A stretch of 64,000 nucleotides of DNA from Chiloscyllium plagiosum (lineage: Eukaryota): contig NC_057718.1 in NCBI RefSeq assembly GCF_004010195.1, positions 22,972,297 through 23,036,296 on the forward strand, given 5' to 3'. Below are positions 1 to 11,900 of the stretch, in pieces. Numbering within the stretch: the stretch's first letter is position 1; each line of letters starts with the position of its first letter. A model generated the notes under the pieces. It did not search any database. It saw only the letters and a program-made list of their open reading frames with translations, and was not told the DNA's origin. The position numbers and the translations under genes were made by a program.

Positions 1-190
1 GGTTTCCTCCCACAGTCCAAAGATGTGCAGGTCAGGTGAATTGGCCATGTTAAAATTGTCCGTAGTGTTAGGTAAGGGGTAAATGTAGGGGTATGGGTGG
101 GTTGCGCTTCGGCGGGTCGGTGTGGACTTGTTGGGCCGAAGGGCCTGTTTCCACACTGTAAAGTAATCTAATCTAATCTAATCTAATCTA
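1..190 (+). mobile_element. HE1-type tRNA-derived V-SINE, 3' part (5' end outside window)
   Basis: V-domain end GGTTTCCTCCCACAGTCCAAAGATGTGCAGG, CR1/HER1-like tail TTGGGCCGAAGGGCCTGTTTCCACACTGTA and (AATCT)n terminus; near-identical to the reverse complement of the copy at 37479-37798. Confidence 0.9.
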
Positions 191-194
191 AATA

Positions 195-620
195 GGTAAA
201 CAGCAGCAAAAACAAAAAATCACAGGTACAGGTGAATGTTAAGTGTTTGTGAGTCCATTCGGTATTCTAACGACAATGCGGTAGAAACTGTTTTGAAACC
301 GGCTGGTGCAGGTGTTCAGACTTCTGTACCTTCTCCCCAATGGTGGAGGTTGTAGAAAAGCATTGCCAGGGTGGGATGGATCTTTGAGAATGCTGGTGGC
401 CTTTCCTTGACAGTGGGCCTAGTAGATGGATTCTATAGATAGGAAGTTGGTCATTGTGATTGTCCGGGCCGAGTTCACCACTCTCTGTAACCATCTCCGA
501 TCTTGAATGGTACAGTTGCCATACCAGGCAGTGATACATCCAGACAGAATGGTCTTGATGCCACACCTATAAAAGTCAGCAAGGGTATTTGCCATCGTGC
601 CAAATTTCCTCAGCAGCCCG
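195..620 (-). mobile_element. Rex-Babar clade LINE, 3' fragment of ORF2
   Basis: ORF 419..655 reads LADFYRCGIKTILSGCITAWYGNCTIQDRRWLQRVVNSARTIT, the typical Rex1/Babar post-RT region; continues with frameshifts. Confidence 0.8.
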
Positions 621-760
621 GAGATGGGGCACCTCTTTTTGGAGTGCCCTCTCACTTATTAACCTTCCATTATTGCCTGCTGCTCCTTTTAGTCTGGGAG
701 CTCGGACGGGACACCCATCTTCAAGAAACCAGTCAATGTCCTAATTGAGTAAAATCCTCT

Positions 761-865
761 AGTGGCACAGTGGTAGTATTCCTACATTTGGTCCAGGGTT
801 CAAGTCCCACCTGCTCCAGAGGTATGTAATAACATCTCATGGACAGAGTTATCAGGGAAATATTA
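761..865 (+). mobile_element. Short tRNA-derived SINE
   Basis: A box TGGCACAGTGG and B box GGTTCAAGTCC; related diverged copy at 26580-26708 (-). Confidence 0.6.
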
Positions 866-1959
866 AATTCCCATTGAGTAACGGTTTCTCACAGAATGCA
901 TTTTTCTGGGCCCATATTTGAGACTACTGTTAGGGTTCAGAAATCCACAGGGAAAATGAAACTTTCCGGATACATCTACTTTAAAGTTGTTCTGACATTT
1001 CAAGCCAGTTGTAAGCACTTCCCATCATTTAGCATTTTAAATATTTGCGTTTTTTTTTCCAATCTCAGTGGGTGTGTGATGAGCATAAATCTCAAAGTTT
1101 ATAACCATAATAGACAACATTTTAGATTTAAAAATGCTCGAGTTATTCATGCTTCGATCTTCTTGCAATTGTTTAATGAACTGGAATTGCAGTAGACATT
1201 GTTAACATTTTCCGAGGCAATAATCTCATACTGGAGAAGCATAACTGACCTCAAATATTGAGCCCTTAGACCTTTCATGAAAAATGCCACAGATCATTGC
1301 ATTTTCAGCATTCATGTCAGTGGCATTAATTATCATCAGCTTCTAAAAAAAACTTCATCATAACGATTCTTGTCATACAACAGTTCAATCCACTGTAAGA
1401 ATAAATAATGTTGTTTTCCTAATTTTCTCCTTTGCTCCTTCTCTCCTATACATCTCTCCTCTACTCTTTCCTCCTCTTCACTATTCAATATTCTCTCCTC
1501 TTTTAGGTTTAAATTGAGTCTTCAAAATTCAGCATCTCCCATTCAAAAGTGAGGAGCATCATCTTTTTCTGTCAGATTGTCATTATTCCTTGGAATTCTC
1601 TTCAGCAGAGAGCAGTTGAGGTTGAGTCGATGATTATGTTCAAGACTGGGTTGGATAGATTTGGTGGGAGATGAGGAAATAAAGGCAGTATTAACCATTT
1701 CACACCCATGTACCATTGTAGTGATCCAAAAAAAGCAGTCCATGTTACAACTCAACTCAACCATGAAATAGATTATCTCTTGCGGGATCAAAAACGTCTA
1801 GAATTTTCAAGTCAGGGATGGGGCTGGAGTTTGTGCTGTGGCGGGGCTGTCGGAGTTGGGGGCGAGGAGTCAGACTGAGGCTGATGGGGGGACTGAATCC
1901 AAGGGCAGAGTACCTGGTCAGGTCAGGGAAAAGGTGGGAGCTGGTCAGGACAAATCAGT

Positions 1960-2205
1960 AAGGTGAACAGAAATTCCTTCTCTCAGAAAGCAGTGAATCT
2001 TTGGAATTCTTTTCCAACGCTGTTGGTTGAGGTTGGGTCATTAGTTATATTCAAGGCTGAGAGAAAGGGATTTTTAAGGGAATCAAGGGTTATGGGGAAA
2101 GGACAGCAAAATTAGGGATTATCAGATCTGCCATGATGTCATTGAATGGAGGTGCAGACTTGATGGGCTGAATGGCCCTACTTCTACACTGACATTTTAT
2201 GACTT
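1960..2205 (+). mobile_element. CR1 LINE 3' end
   Basis: FSQKAVNLWNS-like coding end followed by the 3'UTR motif GATGGGCTGAATGGCCCTACTTCT. Confidence 0.75.
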
Positions 2206-2219
2206 ACGCTTCTTATAAA

Positions 2220-3125
2220 TTGAATAAGCTTTATTGTCAGGTGTACTGGAAAGAGTGCAATGAAAAGTTTGTAACGTTACCACTTTTGCTCCATTTCAGG
2301 CACAGTTCTGCAAGAGTAAAGAAGTTTTGTTTTAAAAAACGTACTCAAACTTCAGTCTTTTCACCAAGTCCATGCCAGCACTAAGCCTCTAGACCACACT
2401 GGGTTTCAAACCTCAATGCCTCACTTCCAGGGCCTTGCCCAAGGGCCTCACCTCTGCTCCAGAATATGTTCCCCTCGCTGGCCTCTACTCTGGGACTCAC
2501 CTTTGTCACCCGCCCCCCCCAGCCCATGCCAGCCTGGTCTGGAACTCACTGCTTTCCCCCCCACCGCCCACTAAACCGGCCGAGTCTGGGACTTGCTGCC
2601 CCCACACTCTGTGCCAGCCTGGTCTGGAAATCACTGGCCCCTGCCCTCCATCTAGTGCCAGCCTGGTCTTGGACACACTGAGCCTCCACCCCGTGCTGGC
2701 CTGGTCTGAGACTCATTGATCCCCTGCCCCACCCCGTGCCAACCTGGTCCGGGACTCACTGACTCCCCTGTCCCTCACCGAGTGCCAGCTCGGTCCGGAA
2801 CTCACTGACACACAGCCCACCACCCTGCACTGAACTGGTCTGGAACTCACTGACTTCTTGCCCCCCCAACCCCGTACCACCTCTCCCTCACCCCCCCCCC
2901 CCAACCCTGTGCTGGCCTGGTGTGGGACTCGACACCCCCCTCTGCTGGCCTGGTCTGGGACTTACCAGTGATGGTTTTTGTTTTGAGGCGCCCCCTCCAT
3001 TCCTCTCTGAGAAAGTTTAAGTTAAAAGTTTGAAAAAAAAATGCAGAAAAAGAGAAGAAAAAAAAGGAGAGAAAAAAAGAACGGAGCTCTGGCTGGAGCA
3101 TGTTACTCTGCCGCCATCTTGAACA
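2220..3125 (-). mobile_element. Non-coding VNTR-containing retroposon (family X), copy A, apparently full length
   Basis: Tail block GCTTTATTGTCAGGTGTACT...GTGCAATGAAAAG shared with the copies at 11615, 12640 and 14025; 5' head CAAGATGGCGGC on minus strand (3110-3121); internal minisatellite. Confidence 0.6.
2474..2965. repeat. GC-rich minisatellite, about 11 units of 38-45 bp
   Basis: Repeating core GTGCCAGCCTGGTCTGGAACTCACTG separated by C-rich spacers. Confidence 0.9.
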
Positions 3126-4244
3126 TCTACCTTTGTGACACCATGATTTTGAAGCCTTTAGAAAAACAAGCTGGAAGCAAATTAATGCCATATTGATACT
3201 TGTTATATTGGACTTTCACTGTCACTAATTATGTTTGCTAATAGTAGTGGGAGAAACAGCAGTTATCAATGTGCTCAATCTTCAATAACTTAGACATCAA
3301 AGCTAGTGCTGGGATAGAATAAAAGATGGACATTTTAAAGATGTTTTTGTTCTCTCTGGTATGTAAAAGCTTTTGTAAGACACATTATATTCAGTTAGAA
3401 TTTATACAAATTGCATCTTGAATTTGTCATTAGGTTTTCCATCAGAAAAATGATAAAAGTTTTATTGAAATAATTCTGTGCATATATTACCATAATTACC
3501 ATCAACAAATCATATCTCTTGAAATCAACATAACTAAAAGGATTAATGTTGTTACCAAAATATTAATCTTTCTTTCTTTTTCATTTGTAGCTTCAGCAAT
3601 CCAATCCTAAAAGGCTATTGTCCTTGTATATTTGTTGAGACTTTTCACAATCTAAAGAGTGCCGTATCAAGGAATTATATCCTCCAACCCACTATCAGTG
3701 AGTTCCGTTGCATCCTCCACTTTTCCTCTGACATCTCCCTCAGCCAATGAACACTCATTCTTGCCTGCAACCAATCAGCAAACCTCCCTCACTCACTCAT
3801 TCACAGCCTGGGCCTCTCATCTATTCTAGCCCTCTGGTGGGCACACTGGCAGGGTTAATGCTCATTAAAAATGGGGATCTGCTAGCCTCTTGCTGACCAG
3901 CGCTTCTCATGGGAAGGCTGACTTTCATCCCTCGTATTCTTAAATCCTGGGAAGGTCTGACACTGGCCACTGAGTGCCTGAGGGACAATGTCTATTGGGA
4001 TCAAGTGGCCAATGGATGTGCTATGGGATTTCTGCCAGTTCTCCAGCTATGGGGCAGGCGAGACATCCCTCGTCAACGTTAAATTACAGCCTGTGTCTGA
4101 GAACTTACAACTTGGCACGGGAATGTTATAGAATCTTGTTGAAATGCATCCCCCAACACTCCCTTGGAACAATACGCCTATTTAGCTTTGTGTGGCATGA
4201 AGAGTTGACACTGAGTAATTTAAAACATTTATGCAATCATCAAA

Positions 4245-4497
4245 CTTAGGAGCAGAAGTAGCCCATTCAGTCCCTAGGGTCTGCTCTGCTCTTCAATAAG
4301 ACCATGGATGATCTGTTTGTGTTCCAAATTCCACATTTCTCTCTCCCTCTGAAAACCTTTATTAGCCGTACCCAAAAAGCAATCCATCAAGCTCCATCTT
4401 AACAATATTCAAAAACCACAACTGCACCATCTTCTGAGGCAGAGAGTTTCAAAATTGTACAACTGTCTGAGAGAAGAAAAATTGCCACATCTGTGCA
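4245..4497 (-). mobile_element. CR1 LINE 3' end, old
   Basis: Reverse complement of the CR1 3'UTR: AGGAGCAGAAGTAGCCCATTCAG...CTGCTCTGCTCTTCAATAAGACCATGG. Confidence 0.7.
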
Positions 4498-4598
4498 GAA
4501 AGAATGACAATTAATTCTTATGATGTGGAGGTGCCGGTGAAGTGGATAAAGTCAAAAATCACAACACCAGGGTATAGTCCAGCAGGTATATTTGGAAG

Positions 4599-4633
4599 CA
4601 CTAGCTTTCAGAGCTTTGCTCCTTCATCAGGTG
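4599..4633 (-). ncRNA. Minimal type I hammerhead ribozyme motif (PLE family B)
   Basis: Minus strand: cac-CUGAUGA-A-GGAGC-aaa-GCUCU-GAAA-GC-UA-gug; 3 bp stem I, 5 bp stem II, palindromic GC stem III. Confidence 0.7.
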
Positions 4634-4808
4634 TCCCAGAGATGTTCTCTGAAACGCTCCGCAAGTAGCCGGCCTGTCTCCCCAATATAGAGGAGGACAC
4701 ATCGGGTGCAGAGGATGCAATAGATGTGTGTGAAGGTGCAGGTGAATCTGTGGCGGATATGGAAGTTTCCTTTGGGTCCTTGGAGGGAGGTGAGGGGGAG
4801 GTGTGGGC

Positions 4809-5229
4809 NNNNNNNNNNNNNNNNNNNNNNNNNNNNNNNNNNNNNNNNNNNNNNNNNNNNNNNNNNNNNNNNNNNNNNNNNNNNNNNNNNNNNNNNNNNN
4901 NNNNNNNNNNNNNNNNNNNNNNNNNNNNNNNNNNNNNNNNNNNNNNNNNNNNNNNNNNNNNNNNNNNNNNNNNNNNNNNNNNNNNNNNNNNNNNNNNNNN
5001 NNNNNNNNNNNNNNNNNNNNNNNNNNNNNNNNNNNNNNNNNNNNNNNNNNNNNNNNNNNNNNNNNNNNNNNNNNNNNNNNNNNNNNNNNNNNNNNNNNNN
5101 NNNNNNNNNNNNNNNNNNNNNNNNNNNNNNNNNNNNNNNNNNNNNNNNNNNNNNNNNNNNNNNNNNNNNNNNNNNNNNNNNNNNNNNNNNNNNNNNNNNN
5201 NNNNNNNNNNNNNNNNNNNNNNNNNNNNN
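4809..5229. other. Assembly gap (N run)
   Basis: Contiguous Ns. Confidence 1.
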
Positions 5230-5360
5230 CCTCTCCGCCCCCACCCCAGTCTGACCTATCACCCTCACCTTGACCTCTTTCCACCTATCACATTTCCGAC
5301 GCCCCTCCCCCAAGTCCCTCCTCCCTACCTTTATCTTAGCCTGCTGGACAAACTTTCCTC

Positions 5361-5396
5361 ATTCCTGAAGAAGGGCTTATGCCCGAAACGTCGATT
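5361..5396 (+). ncRNA. Minimal hammerhead ribozyme motif (PLE family A)
   Basis: CUGAAGA(5365-5371)-A-GGGC-uuau-GCCC-GAAA-CG-UC; predicted cut after 5392; stem I only about 2 bp. Confidence 0.65.
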
Positions 5397-6329
5397 CTCC
5401 TGTTCCCTGGATGCTGCCTGACCTGCTGCGCTTTTCCAGCAACACATTTTCAGCTCTGATCTCCAGCATCTGCAGTCCTCAGTTTCTCCTCCTTCATCAG
5501 GTAACTAGTCAGGCGGGATCATAAGGTATGGAATTTATAGCAAAAAAAAATCAGAGTCCTGCAATTCAGATTATATATTGAACAAGCCTAGATTTCTATA
5601 AAGTCTTTCATCTTTTAAAATGGGTTGCAGGTTTTGGTTCATGAATATGTAAATCCCAGAACTTCTTTTAAGTCACATTCTCGAGATCACTTAAGGTGTT
5701 ATAAAACAAAAGGCGACATCTCAGCTCAGTAAATATATTAAATGTATGAGATTAGAGTCTATCTATATCCCAATCTTGAGTCAGACTGGTTCTATTTCCA
5801 AAGTAGGAATTTATAAAATGTTATATGGACTGACTGCCAACATTGACTGCCTGCAGGTTGTGTGCTTTTTGAGCAAAAAATAGAATGTTTCTGCAAATAC
5901 ACTGGGACCTCAGGTTCACGTCATGGTGTAGGTGACCCCACTACAGTATATAATCACACACTTTTACATACACTCATACTTACGCAGAATCTCTCATACA
6001 CACGCTCTCTCTCAGACACACACACACGCGCACACACACCACCCGGACTCTCACCCGCTCACACATCCTCCCAGGCTTATACCTCATCACACTCATGCAA
6101 ACTCTCTATCAAGCATGCACACACTCACATGCACGTCTATGGGGTGACTTTGCATTTGCAGATACAGAGGTTCGATGAGGTAATAACAAGGCTATTAATG
6201 AGTGATAATCAATGCTAATAAGCTTCATGCCTCTTTCCATTGAGAATCTTCTCTTGTTTTGATAATGGACAATTAGTTGGAAAATGGGACTTTTGGTCTT
6301 GACTTTGAGATGGTCCTCACGGGACATCT

Positions 6330-6510
6330 CAATACCATCTCAATTGATTTTTCTAAATTTCTCGACGCATTGCTCAAGGGCTGGGAAGCTTCCACTAACT
6401 GTCTCATTTTCACCACCTGCCCTCCCATCTATTTTGCGTCAACAACAATGTTGGCAATAGTACATTCACATCTCTCATCCATGTCATTAATAATTGCAAA
6501 TAATTGTATA
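6330..6510 (-). mobile_element. Very old CR1 RT fragment
   Basis: Minus strand gives INDMDERCECTIANIVVDAK, a degenerate INDLD...FADDTK region. Confidence 0.5.
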
Positions 6511-7446
6511 TTAGTTGGCCATTGCAAGTTAATGGGAAACAGGTGCTTATAAAGAAATGTGCAAAGACTCCAGCAATTTGTAATTTTCTCCTGCAAGGTT
6601 CAGCTGTGGGTTAGAAAGTACATCATTAGGACCATCTGGGCTGGAAATGACATTATTAGTAGCTCCAAAATCAAGAACTGGCTGCACAGTCTTGGTAATA
6701 TTGCAAATTTTATGTCTGTCGGAGCTCTATAAAGGTGACAAACATTTCTACATGCATTACAAAGTTTTCCTTACAGCATTTTAAACTGTCTACTCCAAAC
6801 TTCCAGCTCTTGGTTTCAGAGTTCTTTTCACAGCTTTATTTACTTTTCTTCAAACTCACAATGACTCTTCACAATCAAGCCCAGTGAGCATCAATAAGTA
6901 TCCTCACATCATCAAGTAGAAGACAATTGAACAGTACAATTAACAAAACCCCCACCTGCAAAAAACAAGTGGGGAAGGGGAGGGGTCAATTAAGGATATT
7001 TTAAGTGAAGTGGAGCATTAGCCACAAGTGGCTTTGCTTCCCTTAACTTCCACAAAAGTATACATTCTGGAGAAGTGCCTTATGACAGATTGTCACTGAA
7101 AATCTTTATTTTCTTTGCGCAAAGAGCTAAATTGTTTCATTCTGATGTTTTGCTGCGCTCTGCAAGGAACAGTGGGCATCATCAATCTTGGTTTGTTTGG
7201 GGAGTTTCCCTATCACCCCAAAAGCGTTTTCTTATCTTCATTTCCTTTCTGGTTGTTTTTGTCTGACAGCCCTAGTCCTCAGCCCTGGCAAGTTCAAAAG
7301 CTGACAGGTATTTTAATTGCTGCTCTGACATTAACATTGAGAAGATTGAGAGGGGTTCAACTGCTTAAGGCATTAAAAATGTTAACAGATGAAATAAAAT
7401 TAATGGAGACACACCAATTCCTTTGATTGGCAAGTGAAGAATGGAT

Positions 7447-7745
7447 TATAGAATCTCTCCAGTGTAGAAGCAGGCCATTCGGACCATCCAGTCCATATTG
7501 GCCCTCTGACCAGCATCCCATCCAGACCCATACCCCCACCCTATCTGTGTAATCCTGTATTTCCCATGGCTAACCCACCTAACGTGCACATCTTTGGGCT
7601 GTGGGAAGAAACCAGAGCACCCGGAGGAAACCCGAACAGACACAAGGAGAATGAAAAGTCCACACAGTCATCCCAGCATGGAATTAAACCTGGGTCCTTG
7701 GAGCTGTGAGACAGCAGTGCTAATCACTGAGCCACCTTGCCACCC
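7447..7745 (-). mobile_element. HE1-type V-SINE, older subfamily
   Basis: tRNA head, V domain (GGAAGAAACCAGAGCACCCGGAGGAAACCC) and CR1-like tail on the minus strand. Confidence 0.85.
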
Positions 7746-8699
7746 TTATGAAGAAACATTATGCCATCAGGAAGAAATCTTATCTTCAAGTTGGAAGTTT
7801 TGGTGGAGTGGCCATCCTTCCATTTGGGTTAGAAATTCTCTGTTTGAGTTCAGTGCCAGGACTGGTGACCATGGAGGATGAATTATAATATGGTATATTG
7901 CAGACAGGTTGATTGTCAGCTCATCCTTCCAATGATCTTGATGGCAGGCGATAGGAGTTGGAGAATCCAATGGTCAGCCATCCAGCAGGAATAAAAGAAT
8001 GACTAGGGTAGGAATAGGTCCAATCAAGGATAGTAGTGGGAAGTTGCGTGTGGAGCTCCAAAGGTTTGCATAAGACTCATTTCAAATGTGAAAACAAAAA
8101 TGCATTTCAAATATCAAAAGTCTGCCACAAAAATGCTCAGTTTGTTCAGCAAAAGTTGGCAGTGGCCTGGCTTTATATACACAGGACAAAGCAACATATT
8201 TTAATTAAATCAGTCAGCTCTCCATAAAGACGTGATGGGGACCAGGAGACATTGGAGACCAATTTATGCCAGACTTGTTTGCCCTGGAGGTGATTGAATT
8301 CCTTCCTTTGTTAAACCACATGCCACATGTCCACCTTCATCCACTTTCACACACTCGCCGTCGGACAATGTAGGACCAACCTGCTTTTTATTCCTTGGCT
8401 CATTAATGCACAGATGGAAATGCCAGCCTACATGCTTCATGCTGATGTTTTTTACAAGGGAGCTCTGTTCTGCCAAATCTACTGCTTTACAAAATTGTTA
8501 GCTGATAAACTCCGCTCTTTCTCTATGCTTTGGGACAGTGAAGAGGGCAACAATTATGTCAAGGGAATCACATTCCTCACCTTTTGATTCCTACACAGCG
8601 GCTGCCTGTCCAGAGGGGTGAACCTGATTGACATCAAATAGTCCATTACACTCACAATGCCCAACATACCAGCTGCAGCAGGACAAAGGAAAATCAGCT

Positions 8700-9035
8700 C
8701 AGAGGAACAGTGAAGACCATTCAGCCCCTCAAACCCAGCATTCAGTGATGATGACAATGGCTGGTCTCCATCTCAACTCCCAGTTGTTGCTTCAAATGTG
8801 TGGGGGACCTCTACTATTCTCCACTCAATGCAGAAAATAGGCCTCCCTTTCTCAAAGATGTGGGGGACAGAAAAGAAGGGTTACACCCAAAATATTGACT
8901 TCTCCACCTCCTGATGCTGCCTGGCTTTCTGTGTTCTTCCAGCCTCCCACTTAATTACCCTTGACTAGCAAGAATCTCTCAAGCTCAAATTTCACATTGT
9001 TTAATTTAAAACCAGTACCAAATGTCTTTTCATTT
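8700..9035 (-). mobile_element. Old CR1 tail with an embedded degenerate PLE pLTR fragment (about 8865-8950)
   Basis: AGGAACAGTGAAGACCATTCAGCCCCTCAAACC tail; GAAGGGTTACACCCAAAA...GATGCTGCCTGG. Confidence 0.5.
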
Positions 9036-9282
9036 GGGAATAGGGAGCTCTACTTTGTACAAATAAGTGTTTCTCTCTCTGATGGCCCACTTCTGATTTC
9101 AAGGTTGCCATCCCTTGTTTACAAATCTAAAGGGGAAGGAATGTTCCCTGTCGAAAATGTTATTGCTCCTGATCCTATCCAGGAATTCATCTATGAGTGG
9201 AAAATGTAGATTAAAAAGAAACTCACTTGCAGTGAAAGCATTTGACTGAGACGTTAAACCAAGCCCCTGTCTCCCCTCTTAA

Positions 9283-9535
9283 TTTATAGCTTTAAATTAA
9301 GGGGTGGTAGGTATAGGACAGATGTTAGGGGTAGATTCTTTACTCAGTGAGTCGTGAGTTCATGGAATGCCCTGCCAGTAGCAGTGGTGGACTCTCCCTC
9401 TTTATGGGCATTTAAACAGGCATTGGATAGGCATATGGAGGATAGTGGGCTAGTGTAGGTTAGGTTGGGCTTGGATCGGCGCAACATCGAGGGCCAAAGG
9501 GCCTGTACTGCGCTGTATTTTTTTTCTGTTTCTAG
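9283..9535 (+). mobile_element. CR1 LINE 3' end
   Basis: FKLRGGRYRTDVRGRFFTQ..VSSWNALP; tail GGGCCAAAGGGCCTGTACTGCGCTGTA. Confidence 0.85.
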
Positions 9536-9657
9536 AAGGCAATGGCAAACCACAGTACATTTTGACCATTATCTATTGGAAGCTCGTGAACTTAAATTTG
9601 GAAATGAAGATGGCAGAAAAGACAGACTGAACCTTATGTTGAGAGTTGGGTCATTTT

Positions 9658-10420
9658 TAGGTCATAGAGATGTACAACATGGAAACGGACTCTTCCGTCC
9701 AACTCATCCATGCCAATCAGATATCCTAGACAAATCTAGTCCAATTTGCCAGCATTTGGCCTATATCCCTCTAAACCCTTCCTTATTCATATATCCATCC
9801 AGATGCCTTTTAAATATTGTAACTGTACTAGCCGCCACCACTTCCTCCAGCAGCTCATTCTGGACACATACCACCCTCTGGGTGAAAAGGTTGCTCCTTA
9901 GATTCCTTTTATACCTTTCCCCTCTCATCTTAAACCTATGCCCTCTAGTTTTGGACCCACCCATCTCAGGGAGAAGACATTGTCTAGTCACTCTATCCAC
10001 GCCAATCATGACTTTATAGATGTCTTTAAGGTCACCCCTCAACCTCTGATGCTCCGGGGAAAATATCCCCAACCTCTTCAGCCTCTGCCTATAGCTCAAA
10101 CCATACAACCCTGGCAACATACTTGTAAATCTTTTCTGAACCCTTTCAAGTTTCACAATATCTTTCCTATAGCAGGGAAACCAGATTTGCGCACAATATT
10201 CCAAAAGTAGCCTAACCGATATCCTGCACAGCTGCAACATAACCTCCCAACTCCTATACTCAATGTCCTGACCATTAAAGGCAAGCATACCAAATGCCGC
10301 CTTCACTATCCTAACTACCTGAGAGTACACTTTCAAGGAGCTATGAACCTGCACTCCAAGGTCTTTGTTCAGCAACACTCTTCAGGACCTTACCATTAAT
10401 AGTATAAATCCTGGTCTGTT
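9658..10420 (-). mobile_element. CR1 (HER1-like) LINE, 5'-truncated
   Basis: ORF 9761..10378: KDLGVQVHSSLKV...LEYCAQIWFP...LERVQKRFT...LRGDL...RGHRFK. Confidence 0.92.
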
Positions 10421-11385
10421 GAGATTTGAAAAGGACATGGCGCAACACTTTTTTACTCAGAGTGGTTCCTTTGTGGAATGAACTGCTAAAGGAAGTGATG
10501 GATGCAGGTATATTTAATAGACGTTTAGATGGGTTCATGAATCAGAAAAGTTCAGAGATTTGGGCAAAGTGCAGGCAGCTGGGTCTAGTTTAGTAACATG
10601 GTCGGTATTGTGAGAAACAAAGCTTACACACTTCAATAATTGCAGTCCGAGACAAAATCTGATTCAGTAGTGTCCTTTATTTTACTCTTGCAAGAGGGTG
10701 TGATGTCCAGTGTCTATAAGGCAGGGGACATACACCCCCCCAAATTCAATTAATACACACATTTATATAATTTGGTTTCTTTTGTTTTACATTGCTCCTC
10801 CCCTGTTTACATCTTCCACTTCCCTAAGACCGGCCCCATTGTTCCTGTTTATCTCTTGCCTTATCCGGCCTTGTCTGTGACAAAATGCTTATTTCTGGCC
10901 TCACAAGGCCGTTTGACCTCATCCCGCTGTAGGTCATTGTTAGGCATATTCTTTCTTCATCATTATCTACTCCCTCCATCTGTACCTTCCCCTGATCCTT
11001 ATGACCCTTTAAATTGGGGTTGGTTCCTATGTTTCTGTAAAAGTGGGAAACAGATGTTTATACCTACTATTTGTACAGGCATATCTAGCTTAACTTCATC
11101 CCTTCACAGCATCTTATCTATTTGCCTGTAATATCTACCATTGTTTTTGTATTAGCTAAAATTGTATGCCAGAATGAAACGTGACTGCAAAACAATTATG
11201 TATTTCCTCCACATAGTTTCTATTCTTGTTGACTCAGCTCTTGGCTAAAACAATTACACACTGGTGTGAGTTCATTTACTTTGTATAAGTAAATGGAATT
11301 GCAGAAGTAACACTATTTTTCCCACATCCCACAGTATGGACTGCTTGGACCAAAGGATCTGTTTCCACGCTGTATGATTCTGACT
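10421..11385 (+). mobile_element. CR1 3' end split by a solo LTR
   Basis: Tail ...AACATGGTCGGTAT (to 10608) resumes as GTATGGACTGCTTGGACCAAAGGATCTGTTTCC at 11334. Confidence 0.8.
10609..11333 (-). mobile_element. Solo LTR (ERV- or Gypsy-type), 725 bp
   Basis: TG...CA termini with imperfect inverted ends TGTGAGA/TCCCACA; 4 bp TSD GTAT (10605-10608, 11334-11337); minus-strand TATA-like motif near 10765 and AATAAA near 10680. Confidence 0.8.
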
Positions 11386-11614
11386 CAGTGTGCATTCAGA
11401 AAGTATTTACTCACAGAAAATCAGGGAAAACACAAACCGCTTTGGACAAGATGAGCTTTGAAGATTGATTTTCGATTCCTGAGGGTAATGAAAGATTCAG
11501 AGCTAAGACAGGTAAATTGAATTGAGGTACAGATTAGTTGCACCATAAAGGAAAGGCAGGACAGGAGGTGCTGAATGGCCTGCCACTCCTCCAGTAAGGA
11601 CATTGTGATTTATG

Positions 11615-11900
11615 AATATTGATTTTATGGTCAGGTGTACTCAAGTAGAAAAATACAGGAGTGCAGTGAAAAGTGCGTAACGTTGCCACGGAAGGCACCA
11701 TCTTGGGTTCAAACCTTGGTGCAGAATCTTAACAAGAAGGTAGAAAGAAAGAACGAACAAAGTTAAAAGTTAAACACTGCAGTAATTATAGTAAAGTGTA
11801 AAACATCAGAAATAAGGTAAAAAGTTACACATTGTAGATCTGCTTAGTTCTAAATAGAAAATGAAAGAAAGAGAGCTGAAAGTTCAAACATTATTGCCCT
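11615..11900 (-). mobile_element. Family X retroposon, copy B (3' part)
   Basis: TTTATGGTCAGGTGTACT...GAGTGCAGTGAAAAG...AACGTTGCCAC...GCACCATCTT followed by an A-rich region. Confidence 0.55.

Larger units (their letters stand above)
4633..5488. mobile_element. Penelope-like element (family A): inverted GIY-YIG fragment plus 3' pLTR, spanning the assembly gap
   Basis: Minus-strand HIYCILCTRCVLLYIGETGRLLAERFREH (GIY-YIG) at 4633-4808; plus-strand pLTR at 5230-5488; 14 bp TSD CTCCTTCATCAGGT at 4619-4632 and 5489-5502. Confidence 0.85.
4520..6165 (-). mobile_element. Penelope-like element (family B), 3' non-coding part, interrupted by a second PLE
   Basis: Terminal block GATGTGGAGGTGCCGGTG...ACAACACCAGGGTATAGTCC...GCTTTCAGAGC with a hammerhead core; resumes at 5489 after the TSD; CA-rich tract at 5965-6135. 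Confidence 0.7.

Noticed and set aside
1430..1510. Splice acceptor after a long pyrimidine tract (also at 3590)
   Set aside because: No convincing donor or open frame follows; may be only low-complexity sequence
2474..2965. CRISPR-like repeat-spacer look
   Set aside because: Eukaryotic context, degenerate cores, short low-complexity C-rich spacers and no cas genes; it is a minisatellite
3700..4092. Degenerate GC-richer segments (also about 13315-13587, 27360-28050, 36350-36560) resembling old MITEs
   Set aside because: TIRs and TSDs could not be established by eye
4601..5421. Five long ORFs (156-231 aa) in the track
   Set aside because: They run through the N gap; only the short GIY-YIG fragment is real, and it is TE-derived
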